Shown here: positions 37,103-47,294 of the stretch, piece by piece
Layout of the letters: every line of letters starts with the position of its first letter
How positions within the stretch are numbered: the stretch's first letter is position 1
Assembly (NCBI GenBank): GCA_027003115.1
Contig: JALWYS010000065.1
Coordinates: 4,655 to 68,654 of the forward strand
DNA length: 64,000 nt
Source: Deltaproteobacteria bacterium
GTDB taxonomy: Bacteria > Desulfobacterota > Dissulfuribacteria > Dissulfuribacterales > QOAL01
Direction: 5' to 3'
Made by a program: the position numbers and the translations under genes
Notes under the pieces: model-generated
The model's input: the letters and a program-made list of their open reading frames with translations, nothing else
Told to the model about the DNA's origin: nothing
The model's database searches: none

Positions 37103-38620
37103 CTATCGTTTCATATTAAGCAACTCATTCAGCATGTCGTCTGTAGTTGTAATTACCCTTGAGTTTGCCTGGAATGCCCTCTGGGTGGTTATGAGTTTTA
37201 CGAATTCGGTTCCCATGTCCACTGTTGACTGTTCAAGTGCATTGGCAGCAATTGAACCCAGGCCGTTTGTTCTTGGCGGACCAGTGATTGCAGTACCAGA
37301 TGCAGTTGTCTCTCTCCAAAGGTTTCCACCTTCCTTTGAAAGATCGGAAGGGCTGTAGAATCTTGCCAAGGCAAGCTGCCCCAGGGCAATGATTCTTCCG
37401 TTTGAATATGAACCAGATATCACGCCTTCTGCATCAACGCTGAGGCTTTCGAGGAAGCCAGCGCCAAAACCGTTCTGGTCGTAGAAAAGGGTGCTTGACC
37501 GGTTTGCATACTGGGTTGTTGTGATGGTTTCCGGTGCCCAGCTGATTACCGAGTTAGTGCCGGAGTCTATCTGTGCATGAGCCCCAAAGCTGAACTCTAT
37601 TCTTTGGGCAGTGCTATCCAAACCCGTTGTGGGATCGTTATTGCCTGAAGGTGGCTGAAAAAAGGCAATGATCTGTGGATAATTGTGGTCTCCAAATGCT
37701 TGGTTTGTACCTGTATTGGCCTCCAGGTTATCCTCCTGGGTCGCATTATTGTATCTCGAGATATCAAATATTCTCTCTATCTGTCCATCAGGGGTGAACT
37801 GAATGTGTCCCCACATAAGTTTTCCTGCATTTGCACTGTCTGCATTACCTGACTTGTCCTCTTCAGGATTCATTGCCACCAAAAATTCCCATGTGCGTTC
37901 GTCGCCCTGGGTATTTGGATCATCCAATTCCTTGTCAAAATAAACGGTAAGTTCATGGGTGTTGCCCAGACTGTCGTAGACCTTGAAGGTGGACTTATAC
38001 TCATAATTAACGTTCTGTCTGAGTCCCCCGTTTGGGTCTCCTGTGCTGCCGTCCCAGGTCTGGAAGAGTCTGTTTGAGCTGTCCACAGGTTTGGCGCCGT
38101 CATCCAGGTTCACTGCTATGGTTGCAAGGCTTGTGGCAACAGGTGGAGAAGTATTTTGTATCTCAATATCCTTTATAGAGCCAACGATTTCAAATGTTCC
38201 ATCCGGCTGCTCCTCCATGTCCCAACCCTGGACCCTAAGGCCCGCTGGATTCACCATATAACCGTTCTTGTCAACATGAAATTGGCCTGCTCTGGTATAG
38301 TAGATACTGTTTTCAATTTTTGGATTTGAGACCATAAAAAAACCGTTTCCTGCAATGGCAAGGTCCGTGGGAGAGGATGTGGATTCAAAAGAGCCCTGGA
38401 TAAATTGAGGCGCTACATCCGACATGGACGACCCTCTTCCTACCTGGGATCCTCCCCTGGCAGTATTTATTGACTGGGCCATGATGTCCTGGAATGTGGC
38501 CCTTGCAGCCTTAAAACCTGTGGTATTCACGTTTGAGATGTTGTCTCCTATAACCTGCATGGCGTTACCCATGTTTACCAGGCCGCTTACGCCTGAATAT
38601 AGAGAACTTGTAAGTGCCAT
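37103..38620 (-). CDS. flgE: flagellar hook protein FlgE
   Basis: N-terminus MALTSSLYSGVSGLVNMGNAMQVIGDNISNVNTTGFK. C-terminus LEQSTVDMGTEFVKLITTQRAFQANSRVITT. Confidence 0.93.
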   Translation of the reverse strand: MALTSSLYSGVSGLVNMGNAMQVIGDNISNVNTTGFKAARATFQDIMAQSINTARGGSQVGRGSSMSDVAPQFIQGSFESTSSPTDLAIAGNGFFMVSNPKIENSIYYTRAGQFHVDKNGYMVNPAGLRVQGWDMEEQPDGTFEIVGSIKDIEIQNTSPPVATSLATIAVNLDDGAKPVDSSNRLFQTWDGSTGDPNGGLRQNVNYEYKSTFKVYDSLGNTHELTVYFDKELDDPNTQGDERTWEFLVAMNPEEDKSGNADSANAGKLMWGHIQFTPDGQIERIFDISRYNNATQEDNLEANTGTNQAFGDHNYPQIIAFFQPPSGNNDPTTGLDSTAQRIEFSFGAHAQIDSGTNSVISWAPETITTTQYANRSSTLFYDQNGFGAGFLESLSVDAEGVISGSYSNGRIIALGQLALARFYSPSDLSKEGGNLWRETTASGTAITGPPRTNGLGSIAANALEQSTVDMGTEFVKLITTQRAFQANSRVITTTDDMLNELLNMKR

Positions 38621-38655
38621 TTTGCTGACCTCCTGTATTTAAAAGCTGTTATTTC

Positions 38656-39354
38656 TTACGATTCTACCTTTGTTATTTCCTTGAAACTTATGGATTTATC
38701 ACCAAGAATTTTTATCTTGGGCAGCCCGTCTTCACCTGTTTCTATTCCAGAGACCATGCCCAGTGTTCTTGTTTTGAGTTCCACCTCGTTGCCGCTGGCG
38801 TCCTCTGCCTCAATTACTACTTTGTAGGCCCCAGGGGGTATGTCGTTTCCACTTGAGTCCTTGCCATCCCAGTCCAAGGTGATATCCTGTCCGGAATCAA
38901 TGGGTCCGACATCCAGTTTTCTTACGAGTGCACCCTTTGATGTATAGATGGATGCCTTGCACTTTGTAACCTGGGCATCCTGATCATTGGTGATGTGAAA
39001 GGGCTGAACCCCGTCCTCTGTGACAAATACCTTACTTCCCGCATACTCGACCTTGTGGCCCAACAGGCCTATTGCAGTAACCGAGGTGGCCATGGTCTCG
39101 GCCTTTGCCATGTTTTGTAGCGCGGTGTTGTTCTTGTACATCAGATCAACCATGTTGAATTGAGCCACCTGGGATGCCATCTCCGCGCTTTCCATGGGGT
39201 TCATTGGGTCCTGGTACTGGAGCTGTGTGACGAAAAGTTTCATGAAATCGTCACGGTTTAAGGTGGCGTGCTCTTCTCTTGTTTTGTATTCGATATCTTC
39301 CAGGCCGTTAGTGGTATTGGCCTTGGTGTTATTTATCATTCCTGGTGTTGTCAT
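38656..39354 (-). CDS. flgD: flagellar hook assembly/capping protein FlgD
   Basis: FMKLFVTQLQYQDPMNPM signature plus a C-terminal FlgD Ig-like region (DWDGKDSSGNDIPPGAYK). Confidence 0.9.
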   Translation of the reverse strand: MTTPGMINNTKANTTNGLEDIEYKTREEHATLNRDDFMKLFVTQLQYQDPMNPMESAEMASQVAQFNMVDLMYKNNTALQNMAKAETMATSVTAIGLLGHKVEYAGSKVFVTEDGVQPFHITNDQDAQVTKCKASIYTSKGALVRKLDVGPIDSGQDITLDWDGKDSSGNDIPPGAYKVVIEAEDASGNEVELKTRTLGMVSGIETGEDGLPKIKILGDKSISFKEITKVES

Positions 39355-39363
39355 TGCCCGCTC

Positions 39364-41049
39364 CTATGCAATTACGTGCATCCCATATGGGCCAGTTTTG
39401 TATGACTGGCCAATCTGGGGCTCTTCTATGGTTTCCTGTGAGCCGTTTTTGAGCCACATGCTTGGCAACCCAAAGGGTGTAATTTTTTCATGCTGTGTGC
39501 CATATCCGTTGGCAAATCCACCTCCAACGTCCACGTTCACCTGGGCGGTTGAAAAACCATTTTGGGCCAGGCTGTCCTTGAGATGTTGCATGTTTGTCTC
39601 AAGGATGTGTCTGGTCTCCGGACTATCCGCCACGAAGCTCGCCTGAACATGATTGTTGTGTAAAACCGTAATGTTGACTTTCACGCTGCCAAGCTCAGGT
39701 GGGTTCAGATGAAGAACAGCCCTGTTTTTGTTCATCTTAAGGGCCTGGCTGATCCCTTTACTGATCTGGGTGGTCACCAGCCCTTCAAACCTTGATCGGT
39801 AGGAAGATTCTCCCCCGGCCTGGTTGATATTTGAATTGTTCCCAATGACCGTGCCATCCTGGACCTTCGAATGGTGTTCGTTTCCGCCACCGGCCAAGAG
39901 GCCACTGTTGTGTCCCTTGGAATCCGTATCTTGGGAATTGCTGAAATCAACGGTAAGCACATCGGATGGGTCGTTTTTAGGGGAATTTGCATTCCCATTG
40001 TCGGTGGCTGTTAAGATGAAGTCCTTGTCGTTTTTGAGATAGGCGGAAGAGACGTGAAACTTTTTTATGCTAAGGTCTGTTCCGTCTGTCCCCATAAGGG
40101 AGGCCTTTGCCATTTTAACGGTTTCGCCATTTTCATCCCTGGAAATGTTTACAAGCTGCGCATTTGCCACTGATAGGCCCTCACCAAGATCGAAGCCGTC
40201 ACGGAGGTTGCCAGAATAGGTTATATCCGTAACGTCCATACCCTTTGAGCGTGAATAGGAAAAACTCAGAAGGTGCAGATCAAGCTGTGTGTGGGAATTT
40301 TTGGTGACTCCCGGCTGGCCCTCTTCTGCTGCCCTTAGAGAGGCAGACTTTGAAGCCGCTGGCATCTCAAAATCCGTACTGGTGACCTGTCTGGTTCCCT
40401 CTTTTGTAACCTCTGAAAGTCTTGAGGTGTCTCCAGGAAATGAGGGAGAAGGCATGTTATTTAAACCTTTTGTATCTGTGACTGAAGGGGTTTGTTTCGC
40501 CACCGTGTTGGCAAAAGGTGCATCAATGCCTGGGGTCACAACCGGGGCCGAAGCTTGCGCTGTGTTTTCTGCCACGGCTGGCTTAGCACTTTTGGTTGAC
40601 TGTACCCCAGCTGTTTCGTTTGGCAAAACAGGCGTTGTCTCAACTGCAGCGGGGGATTCACCCAAATCCAACGAGGCGGCAATTTTTTGAAACATGGAAA
40701 GGATGAGCTGAAGTTCTGATACGAAGCCGTTAAGTCCAGCTTCTGTCCCTTGGTTCTTTGAAACCGAGGTATTGCTTCCGATCACATTCGTATCAGCTAA
40801 GTTTTTTCCATCGGTTTCATCTATCGTCTTGCCCCACAAAAGATTCAAGAGGTCAAAAAGGTCCTTGAAGGGGTTTGTTTCTTCCGTAACTGCATCTGGT
40901 GCATTCATTTGCTGTGCAGGCGCCATTTCTGTGGCATTTAGATAGTGGTCAAAACCGGGGCCCTTTGCAGGGACCGCTGAAAGTGTCACCTTATCACCGG
41001 CAACTGGGGGGCTTCCTGGGAAGATGTTTGGAATTGCAGCTGCTGTCAT
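39364..41049 (-). CDS. fliK: flagellar hook-length control protein FliK
   Basis: The N-terminal two-thirds is low-complexity and Ser/Thr/Ala/Pro-rich. The conserved C-terminal domain reads LHLNPPELGSVKVNITV...QASFVADSPETRHILE. The gene lies upstream of flgD-flgE. Confidence 0.8.
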   Translation of the reverse strand: MTAAAIPNIFPGSPPVAGDKVTLSAVPAKGPGFDHYLNATEMAPAQQMNAPDAVTEETNPFKDLFDLLNLLWGKTIDETDGKNLADTNVIGSNTSVSKNQGTEAGLNGFVSELQLILSMFQKIAASLDLGESPAAVETTPVLPNETAGVQSTKSAKPAVAENTAQASAPVVTPGIDAPFANTVAKQTPSVTDTKGLNNMPSPSFPGDTSRLSEVTKEGTRQVTSTDFEMPAASKSASLRAAEEGQPGVTKNSHTQLDLHLLSFSYSRSKGMDVTDITYSGNLRDGFDLGEGLSVANAQLVNISRDENGETVKMAKASLMGTDGTDLSIKKFHVSSAYLKNDKDFILTATDNGNANSPKNDPSDVLTVDFSNSQDTDSKGHNSGLLAGGGNEHHSKVQDGTVIGNNSNINQAGGESSYRSRFEGLVTTQISKGISQALKMNKNRAVLHLNPPELGSVKVNITVLHNNHVQASFVADSPETRHILETNMQHLKDSLAQNGFSTAQVNVDVGGGFANGYGTQHEKITPFGLPSMWLKNGSQETIEEPQIGQSYKTGPYGMHVIA

Positions 41050-41104
41050 GGGTTTCTCCTATGATTCAAGATATAGTTCCTTGGTTTTCGTTCATCAGAA
41101 CAGT

Positions 41105-41120
41105 TGCAAGTGTTGTTCCC
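41105..41120 (-). promoter_or_regulatory. candidate sigma-54 (-24/-12) promoter for fliK-flgD-flgE
   Basis: The minus strand reads GGGAAC-aacac-TTGCA. The invariant GG and GC have canonical spacing, -12 is a perfect TTGCA, and -24 matches TGGCAC at 4 of 6 positions. The site lies about 55 nt upstream of the fliK ATG. Confidence 0.4.
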
Positions 41121-41355
41121 TTGACAAAGGATGGGCATTTAGTGGTAAATTCCCCTGCCTTCTTGGCATTTCAGAGTACTTGGCTGAAGCGGATAAATTG
41201 TGGGAATGGAAAATGTTTCCCACCTCTGGGAAACAACTGCCACTTTCGGTTGACAAGGAAAGGCCCTTTTATTTTTTTACCCGTGTAGGGATTCACAAAA
41301 TCAGGCGGCGTACTGCAAGATAACATAAATAGAGGTTTTACATAAAAAGGCGGTA

Positions 41356-41925
41356 ATGGACATTATTGTATCATCATTGAAGGCGACTCTTAATGCCTTG
41401 GAATCCACGGTTTCAGGCCAATTGGAACTGATTGACAAGGTGGCTTCCCTGATATCTTCGTGTCTTGGAAATGGGGGGAAGGTCCTTCTTTGTGGGAACG
41501 GGGGAAGCGCTGCAGACTGTCAGCACATAGCTGCCGAGTTTGTTAACAGATTCAGGCTCGAAAGGTCACCCCTGCCCGCAGTTGCCCTTACAACGGATTC
41601 TTCCATATTGACCTCGGTGGCCAATGACTACTCCTTTGACGAGGTATTTGCCAAACAGGTCCTTGCCCTGGGAAAAGAGGGGGACGTATTGGTTGGAATC
41701 TCCACCAGCGGTTCCTCCCCCAACGTGCTTAAAGCATTGGAAGTTGCAAGGGAAAACGGCCTTGTCACTGTTGGGTTTACTGGCAAAGGTGGCGGTAAAA
41801 TGGTTGAAAAGTGTGACTATCTTCTTCAGGTTGCATCTGAGGACACGCCAAGGATTCAGGAGGTGCACATATTTTGTGCCCACGTAATCTGTGACCTGGT
41901 GGAAAGGAGACTTTTTAAAGGATGA
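41356..41925 (+). CDS. gmhA: D-sedoheptulose-7-phosphate isomerase (SIS domain; GmhA/DiaA family)
   Basis: LLCGNGGSAADCQHIAAEFVNRF, GISTSGSSPNV and QEVHIFCAHVIC. Confidence 0.85.
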   Translation: MDIIVSSLKATLNALESTVSGQLELIDKVASLISSCLGNGGKVLLCGNGGSAADCQHIAAEFVNRFRLERSPLPAVALTTDSSILTSVANDYSFDEVFAKQVLALGKEGDVLVGISTSGSSPNVLKALEVARENGLVTVGFTGKGGGKMVEKCDYLLQVASEDTPRIQEVHIFCAHVICDLVERRLFKG

Positions 41926-42863
41926 GTTATCCAGAACCCATCTCCTTTAAGGGGCTTGAGACGTACAGCCTCCATGACAGGCCAAGCAAGGTTGGGGTGG
42001 AGGATCTCGGCAAGGCTATGAGCCCAGGATTAACAGTCAGGGAATTTCTTGACAGCCTTCCATCCCAGCTTGCGGCAAAGGATTTGAAGGAAGTGGCTGC
42101 AAGGTGGGCACAGGCCGTAAAAGAGGGAAAGAAGGTGATCTTCTCCATGGGGGCACATGTCATAAAGGTGGGCCTTGGCCCGCTTCTCATAGACCTCATG
42201 GACAGGGGCCTTGTGAGTGCCTTTGCTTTAAACGGTGCAGGCATTATTCACGACTCTGAGCTTGCAATGGCTGGAAAGACGTCAGAGGATGTGGCAGCGG
42301 TTCTCGGCTCTGGAAGGTTTGGTACAGCACGAGAGACAGGGGAGTTTCTAAACGGGGCTATAGAATATGCCTGTGAGAAGGGCATTGGTCTTGGAAGGGC
42401 GGTTGGTGAAAGACTCCTTGAGGCCTCTTTCCCTTTTAACAGGTATAGCCTGCTTGCCCAGGCAGCCACAAGGGAGATTCCGGTTACAGTGCACGTTGCC
42501 ATTGGCACGGACATCATCCACATCCATCCTCACGCCAACGGGGCAAAGACGGGTCAGGCAACATACACGGATTTCAGGCTTTTTTGCTCACTTGTAGCAG
42601 GGCTTCAAGATGGTGTATATTTCAACATAGGTTCAGCAGTCCTCCTTCCCGAGGTCTTTTTAAAGGCCCTTACTGCCGTAAGGAATCTTGGTTACAAGGT
42701 CGATAGAATCACAACCGTAAACCTTGACTTCATCAGGCAGTACCGTCCCTTGACCAACGTGGTCAACAGACCTACCTTGGAAGGCGGAAAGGGCTACAAC
42801 CTGACTGGCTATCATGAGATAATGCTGCCGCTTCTTGCTGCAGCCGTGATGGAATATCTTTAA
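41922..42863 (+). CDS. conserved hypothetical protein (possibly deoxyhypusine-synthase-like fold; uncertain)
   Basis: 313-aa ORF overlapping the gmhA stop. The segment IFSMGAHVIKVGLGPLLIDLMDRGLVSAFALNGAGIIHDSE loosely recalls the DHS-family core. No firm motif. Confidence 0.5.
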   Translation: MSYPEPISFKGLETYSLHDRPSKVGVEDLGKAMSPGLTVREFLDSLPSQLAAKDLKEVAARWAQAVKEGKKVIFSMGAHVIKVGLGPLLIDLMDRGLVSAFALNGAGIIHDSELAMAGKTSEDVAAVLGSGRFGTARETGEFLNGAIEYACEKGIGLGRAVGERLLEASFPFNRYSLLAQAATREIPVTVHVAIGTDIIHIHPHANGAKTGQATYTDFRLFCSLVAGLQDGVYFNIGSAVLLPEVFLKALTAVRNLGYKVDRITTVNLDFIRQYRPLTNVVNRPTLEGGKGYNLTGYHEIMLPLLAAAVMEYL

Positions 42864-42889
42864 TGAAAAATGTAGCGGAGGAAGTTCCA

Positions 42890-43117
42890 ATGCCCATTTA
42901 TGAATACGTATGTAATTCCTGTGGAGAGGAGTTCGAACAGCTAGTTTTCAGCTCGGACAAGGTTATAAAGTGCAGAAAGTGTGGTTCTGAGGACACCGTG
43001 AAGAAGATGTCCATGTTTGCCATGAAATCAAGCGGAAGCTTTCGCGGAACAGGCAAGAAGGCGTCTTCCAGTTGCAAGGGCTGCACAAGCACCAACTGCA
43101 GCTCCTGTGGTGGTTAA
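42890..43117 (+). CDS. FmdB-family zinc-ribbon protein
   Basis: MPIYEYVCNSCGEEFE...KCRKCGS is the CxxC...CxxC N-terminal signature of the FmdB/'putative regulatory protein' family. GGAGGAAG lies upstream of ATG 42890. Confidence 0.8.
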   Translation: MPIYEYVCNSCGEEFEQLVFSSDKVIKCRKCGSEDTVKKMSMFAMKSSGSFRGTGKKASSSCKGCTSTNCSSCGG

Positions 43118-43130
43118 CAGGGAAGACCAC

Positions 43131-44060
43131 ATGAAGGAAAAACTCATACTGGCCACAAGGAAGAGCAAGTTGGCCATGGCCCAGAGTATGTGGGTCAAAG
43201 GCCAGATAGAAAGTCACTGGCCAGGCTGCAAGGTCGAGATTCTTAAGGTCACCACCAAGGGGGACAAGATCCTCGATGTGCCGCTTGCAAAGGTAGGTGG
43301 AAAGGGCCTGTTCGTAAAGGAAATAGAAGAGGCCATGCTGGATGGCAGGGCAGATATTGCCGTTCACAGTCTCAAGGACGTTCCCACTGAGATACCTCCA
43401 GGGCTGGAGGTGAGCATATTCCCAAAGAGGGAAGACTGTCGGGATGCACTCATTAGCAGGCATGACGGCTGTGTGGAAGGGCTTCCAACTGGCGCTACAG
43501 TGGGTACTAGCAGTCTTAGGCGCATGGCACAGCTTAGGCTCATAAGGCCGGATCTTAAAATAGAGTCTCTTCGTGGAAACCTTGACACGCGTCTTAAAAG
43601 GCTTGATCAGGGAGATTTTGACGCAATTATCCTTGCCGCTGCCGGCCTTAACAGGCTTGGCCTTTCTAACCGTATTTCCTGCCTTATCCCTATTGAGACC
43701 ATGATTCCAGCCATTGGTCAGGGGTCTCTTGGCATAGAATTCCGGACAGACGACAATGAAACAAGGAAGATACTTATGCCCTTTCATGATCATGAGACGG
43801 AAATACGCGTGCGGGCAGAAAGGGCCTTTCTTAAGAGGCTCGAAGGCGGATGCCAGGTTCCCATTGGTGCAGTTGCAACCTTGAAAGGGGACATGCTTAA
43901 ACTTGAAGGTATTGTGGCCGATGAAGAGGGAAACAGGGTTATAAGAGAGAAGATGGAAGGGGCAGCCCAGGAGGCGGAACGCCTTGGAGTGGAGCTTGCA
44001 GAAACCATACTGAACCGTGGCGGAAGGGATATCCTAGAGGAAGTTTACAGTGCAGGTTGA
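43131..44060 (+). CDS. hemC: hydroxymethylbilane synthase (porphobilinogen deaminase)
   Basis: ILATRKSKLAMAQS, PLAKVGGKGLFVKEIE, ADIAVHSLKDVP and GTSSLRR. Confidence 0.93.
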   Translation: MKEKLILATRKSKLAMAQSMWVKGQIESHWPGCKVEILKVTTKGDKILDVPLAKVGGKGLFVKEIEEAMLDGRADIAVHSLKDVPTEIPPGLEVSIFPKREDCRDALISRHDGCVEGLPTGATVGTSSLRRMAQLRLIRPDLKIESLRGNLDTRLKRLDQGDFDAIILAAAGLNRLGLSNRISCLIPIETMIPAIGQGSLGIEFRTDDNETRKILMPFHDHETEIRVRAERAFLKRLEGGCQVPIGAVATLKGDMLKLEGIVADEEGNRVIREKMEGAAQEAERLGVELAETILNRGGRDILEEVYSAG

Positions 44061-45579
44061 AAAAAAGGGAAAGGTGTATCTGGTTGGAGCGGGCCCCGGT
44101 GACCCTGGCCTTCTTACCTTGAGGGGCAAGGAGCTTCTTGAAAATGCAGAGGTTGTAATCTATGACAGGCTTGCCTCCCCACGGATAATGGAGTTTGTCA
44201 ATCCAGGAGCGGAAAGGATATACGTGGGCAAAAGGGTTGGCAGACACGTTGCAAAACAGCATGAGATAAATGACATTATCCTTCAAAAGGCAAAAGAAGG
44301 CAAAAGGGTAGTTAGGCTCAAGGGAGGCGACCCTTTCATCTTCGGAAGAGGAGGAGAAGAGGCGCAAATACTTTCCGAAAACCAGATACCCTTTGAAATA
44401 GTGCCAGGTGTAACGTCTGCCATTGCTGTACCTGCCTATGCAGGAATTCCCTTGACCCATCGCTCCTACACCGCATCGGTTGCATTTATTACAGGGCACA
44501 GGCGTTTTGAAAACGAGGCAGATGTGGACTGGGAAGGACTTGCCAAGGGTGTTGGAACCCTGGTTTTTCTCATGGGCATGACAAACCTTCCAAGCATTGC
44601 AGATAATCTCATGCGCTTTGGCAGAAGCCCGGACACACCTGCTGCAGTGATAAGGTGGGGTACCACGCCGCTTCAGGAATCCATAACCGGTACCCTCGAG
44701 AATATAGCCCAAAAGGTAAAGGAGGCAGGTTTTAAACCCCCTGCAATTATTGTGGTGGGTGATGTGTGCAAGGTGCGTGACCAGATCAACTGGTTTGAGA
44801 GACAGCCCCTTCTTGGTAAAAAGGTACTTGTAACCAGGACACGCCAACAGGCCAGCCTTCTTGTTAACCTTCTTGAAAGAAAAGGTGCAGGCTGCATAGA
44901 GTGTCCAACCATTGAGGTAAGGCAGGTGGAGGACACATCCATTCTGGACCAGGCCATTTCAGAGGCGGATATATTTGACTGGATCATATTCACAAGCCCC
45001 AACGCAGTAAAATTCTTTTTTTTGAGGGTGGACCAGCTTGGAAAGGACGTGCGTGCTTTGGGAAAGGCAAGGGTGGCAACTGTTGGTACAAGCACTGCCC
45101 AGGAGCTTAAACATCACCACATAAGGGTGGACGCCATACCTGAGGACTTTCGCGCAGAGGGGCTCCTTGAGCTTTTTGCCAGACAGGACATGAAGGACAA
45201 GCGAATTCTCATTCCAAGGGCCGTCAAGGCCAGGGAGATACTTCCAGAAGGTCTAAAAAAAATGGGTGCCCAAGTGGTGGTTGCGCCTGCCTATGAAACC
45301 GTGCCTCCAAGGGTGGCGCCCCAGACCCTGGAGCTACTTGAGGAAGAAAACATTGACGTTGTTACCTTCACCAGCTCTTCTACTGTAAAGAATTTTTTCA
45401 AGGCAGTTCCCGGGGATATTGCCCGCAGAGTCACGTCACAGGCAAAGATTGCCTGCATTGGCCCGGTTACTGCCAGGACTGCAGAGAAAAAGGGGCTCAA
45501 AGTCCACATTATTCCGGAAAAGTCCACCATCCCGAGTATGGTTGATGCCATAGAAAAGAGTTTTGCTAAAAAGGATTAG
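44050..45579 (+). CDS. cobA: bifunctional uroporphyrinogen-III C-methyltransferase / uroporphyrinogen-III synthase (CobA-HemD fusion)
   Basis: The N-terminal half has VYLVGAGPGDPGLLTLRG, RLKGGDPFIFGRGGEE and VPGVTSA. The C-terminal half has the HemD fold (LVTRTRQQ..., FTSPNAV, FTSSSTV). The start is uncertain: GTG 44050 or GTG 44074. Confidence 0.88.
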   Translation: MQVEKKGKVYLVGAGPGDPGLLTLRGKELLENAEVVIYDRLASPRIMEFVNPGAERIYVGKRVGRHVAKQHEINDIILQKAKEGKRVVRLKGGDPFIFGRGGEEAQILSENQIPFEIVPGVTSAIAVPAYAGIPLTHRSYTASVAFITGHRRFENEADVDWEGLAKGVGTLVFLMGMTNLPSIADNLMRFGRSPDTPAAVIRWGTTPLQESITGTLENIAQKVKEAGFKPPAIIVVGDVCKVRDQINWFERQPLLGKKVLVTRTRQQASLLVNLLERKGAGCIECPTIEVRQVEDTSILDQAISEADIFDWIIFTSPNAVKFFFLRVDQLGKDVRALGKARVATVGTSTAQELKHHHIRVDAIPEDFRAEGLLELFARQDMKDKRILIPRAVKAREILPEGLKKMGAQVVVAPAYETVPPRVAPQTLELLEEENIDVVTFTSSSTVKNFFKAVPGDIARRVTSQAKIACIGPVTARTAEKKGLKVHIIPEKSTIPSMVDAIEKSFAKKD

Positions 45580-45593
45580 TTAATATCAAGAAC

Positions 45594-47006
45594 ATGACTA
45601 TTTATTGCGCCAAGCCTGATCCCCCGGAACTGGCAGCAGTTCTCGAGCGCATAAGAAAGAAAAAGGAAGATTACGAAAAATACAATTTTACCGCCACTCA
45701 GGGCAGGACTCTAAGGGCATTTTTCGATCTTGCCCAGGAGTTCGAGACACTGGAAAACTTCTACCGAATCGCAGTATTTGTTCCCAAGATATTTATGGAC
45801 TTTGATTCCTGTCTCTATCTGGTTGACTTTGATACTGGTCAACTAAAGCGCATTGCCGATTCCCTTAATGCCCTTGGTGTCTGCGGCATGGATCCTCCTG
45901 AAGGTGTGAAGTTGTCAACCAGGCCCTATGAACTTGGAGATTCCTATTTCGCCCCCATTCGTGGGAACAAGAGACTCTTTGCCGTAAAGGCCATTTCCAG
46001 GGCGACAGACATCATTGGAATGTTCGAGGTGTTTCCCAAGGGGCACCTTTCTGATAAGGACAGGCTTTTTTTTGAAAAGTACGCCAATCGGATTGGCTAT
46101 AATCTGCACTACAAGCTCCTGGCCAAGCAGAATGAGGAGCATATAAAGTTCATAAACACCCTGGTGGCTGATATAGAACACAATGTCATTGCTCCCAATA
46201 TCAAGTACAAGTACTTTCTTAAGCTAATAGAGAAAAAGGTTAAGGATTTGGATTTAATTATGGGGCTCTTAAGGCAGCATCTTAAGGATGCAGAAAGTTG
46301 TAACTGCCCACATGTAAGACAGGCAGAAGAGGTGGAGAGACAACTGCAATCGGCTGTTGAAGATCTTCGGTCATACTATAATGACATCAGAAAACACTTT
46401 GAGAATACGAGCCTTTTTCTTGAAAGTCTTTTAAGACGTGAGCACTTTCAAAAGGGTGAGCTTGTTTTAAGGAGGCGCAGCTGCAATTTCAGGAAGGAGG
46501 TCATAGAGCCACAGCTTGAACGGTATAAGGAGCGGCTGGCAAGGCGTGGTATCACCATAGATAACCAACTTGGCGGGGTCCCTGATGAGGATATTCCCCT
46601 AGCCGTGGATATTGGCCTTATATCTCAGGTTTATTCCAATCTTTTTTCGAATGCGGAGAAATATTGTCAGGAAGTAAAGGACTCCCAGGGAAATCCTATA
46701 AAATTTATGGCCTACGGAAGGCAAGTCCTTCCTGACTACTTCGGTCCTGGCAAGGACGGGATCAAGTTTAACGTCTTTACCACTGGTCCTCACCTGAGCC
46801 CTGAAGAAGCAGCCCACATATTCGAGGAAGGCTTCCGAACCACAGATGCATCAAAAAATATGCCCGGAACAGGTCATGGCCTTCACTTCGTAAAAAAGAT
46901 TATAGAGGTGCACGGAGGTGTGGTAGGCTACGAACCGGTTCCAATGGGAAATAACTTCTTTTTTATCCTTCCTATTCAAAAGGAGGTATCTAAAGAGTCA
47001 AAATAG
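45594..47006 (+). CDS. cytoplasmic sensor histidine-kinase-like protein (GAF-like N-terminus + HATPase_c)
   Basis: N-box VYSNLFSNAEKY and G-box GTGHGLHFVKKIIEVHGG. The candidate phospho-acceptor region ADIEHNVIAPN is atypical. No TM segments. Confidence 0.7.
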   Translation: MTIYCAKPDPPELAAVLERIRKKKEDYEKYNFTATQGRTLRAFFDLAQEFETLENFYRIAVFVPKIFMDFDSCLYLVDFDTGQLKRIADSLNALGVCGMDPPEGVKLSTRPYELGDSYFAPIRGNKRLFAVKAISRATDIIGMFEVFPKGHLSDKDRLFFEKYANRIGYNLHYKLLAKQNEEHIKFINTLVADIEHNVIAPNIKYKYFLKLIEKKVKDLDLIMGLLRQHLKDAESCNCPHVRQAEEVERQLQSAVEDLRSYYNDIRKHFENTSLFLESLLRREHFQKGELVLRRRSCNFRKEVIEPQLERYKERLARRGITIDNQLGGVPDEDIPLAVDIGLISQVYSNLFSNAEKYCQEVKDSQGNPIKFMAYGRQVLPDYFGPGKDGIKFNVFTTGPHLSPEEAAHIFEEGFRTTDASKNMPGTGHGLHFVKKIIEVHGGVVGYEPVPMGNNFFFILPIQKEVSKESK

Positions 47007-47033
47007 GACCTATATATTTTGATAAGAAGGTGA

Positions 47034-47294
47034 TTAACCCAAATTATGCACTTCAAACGCCGAACAAAATGATTTCTTTTATAATTTCAGCAGATTATCG
47101 TTGATATAATGCCCGAAAATATTCACCTAAAGGACGGGTGCCAACAGCAAAAACGTTCGGCATTTGAAGCCACAAGGGGCTCGTAATTTCACCGAATTTG
47201 CTGCGTTGTCGGGCACTTGAAGTACCATAGTACGTCTGCATGCCCTCCGCCTTGCACCTTCGGCAAACTTACGAGCTGCATAATCCGGGATTAA
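47034..47294. repeat. nested inverted-repeat element folding as a three-way junction (candidate structured RNA or MITE-like element)
   Basis: The outer helix pairs 47034-47050 with 47277-47294. Arm 1 pairs 47051-47065 with 47155-47169 (14 of 15 Watson-Crick pairs). Arm 2 pairs 47179-47186 with 47269-47276 (8 of 8) and 47197-47203 with 47261-47267. The helices abut with zero-nt junctions. Confidence 0.5.
47102..47110 (+). promoter_or_regulatory. perfect extended -10 promoter motif inside arm 1 of the inverted-repeat element
   Basis: TGATATAAT matches the TGnTATAAT consensus exactly. No good -35 element is present, and extended -10 promoters do not require one. Confidence 0.3.
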
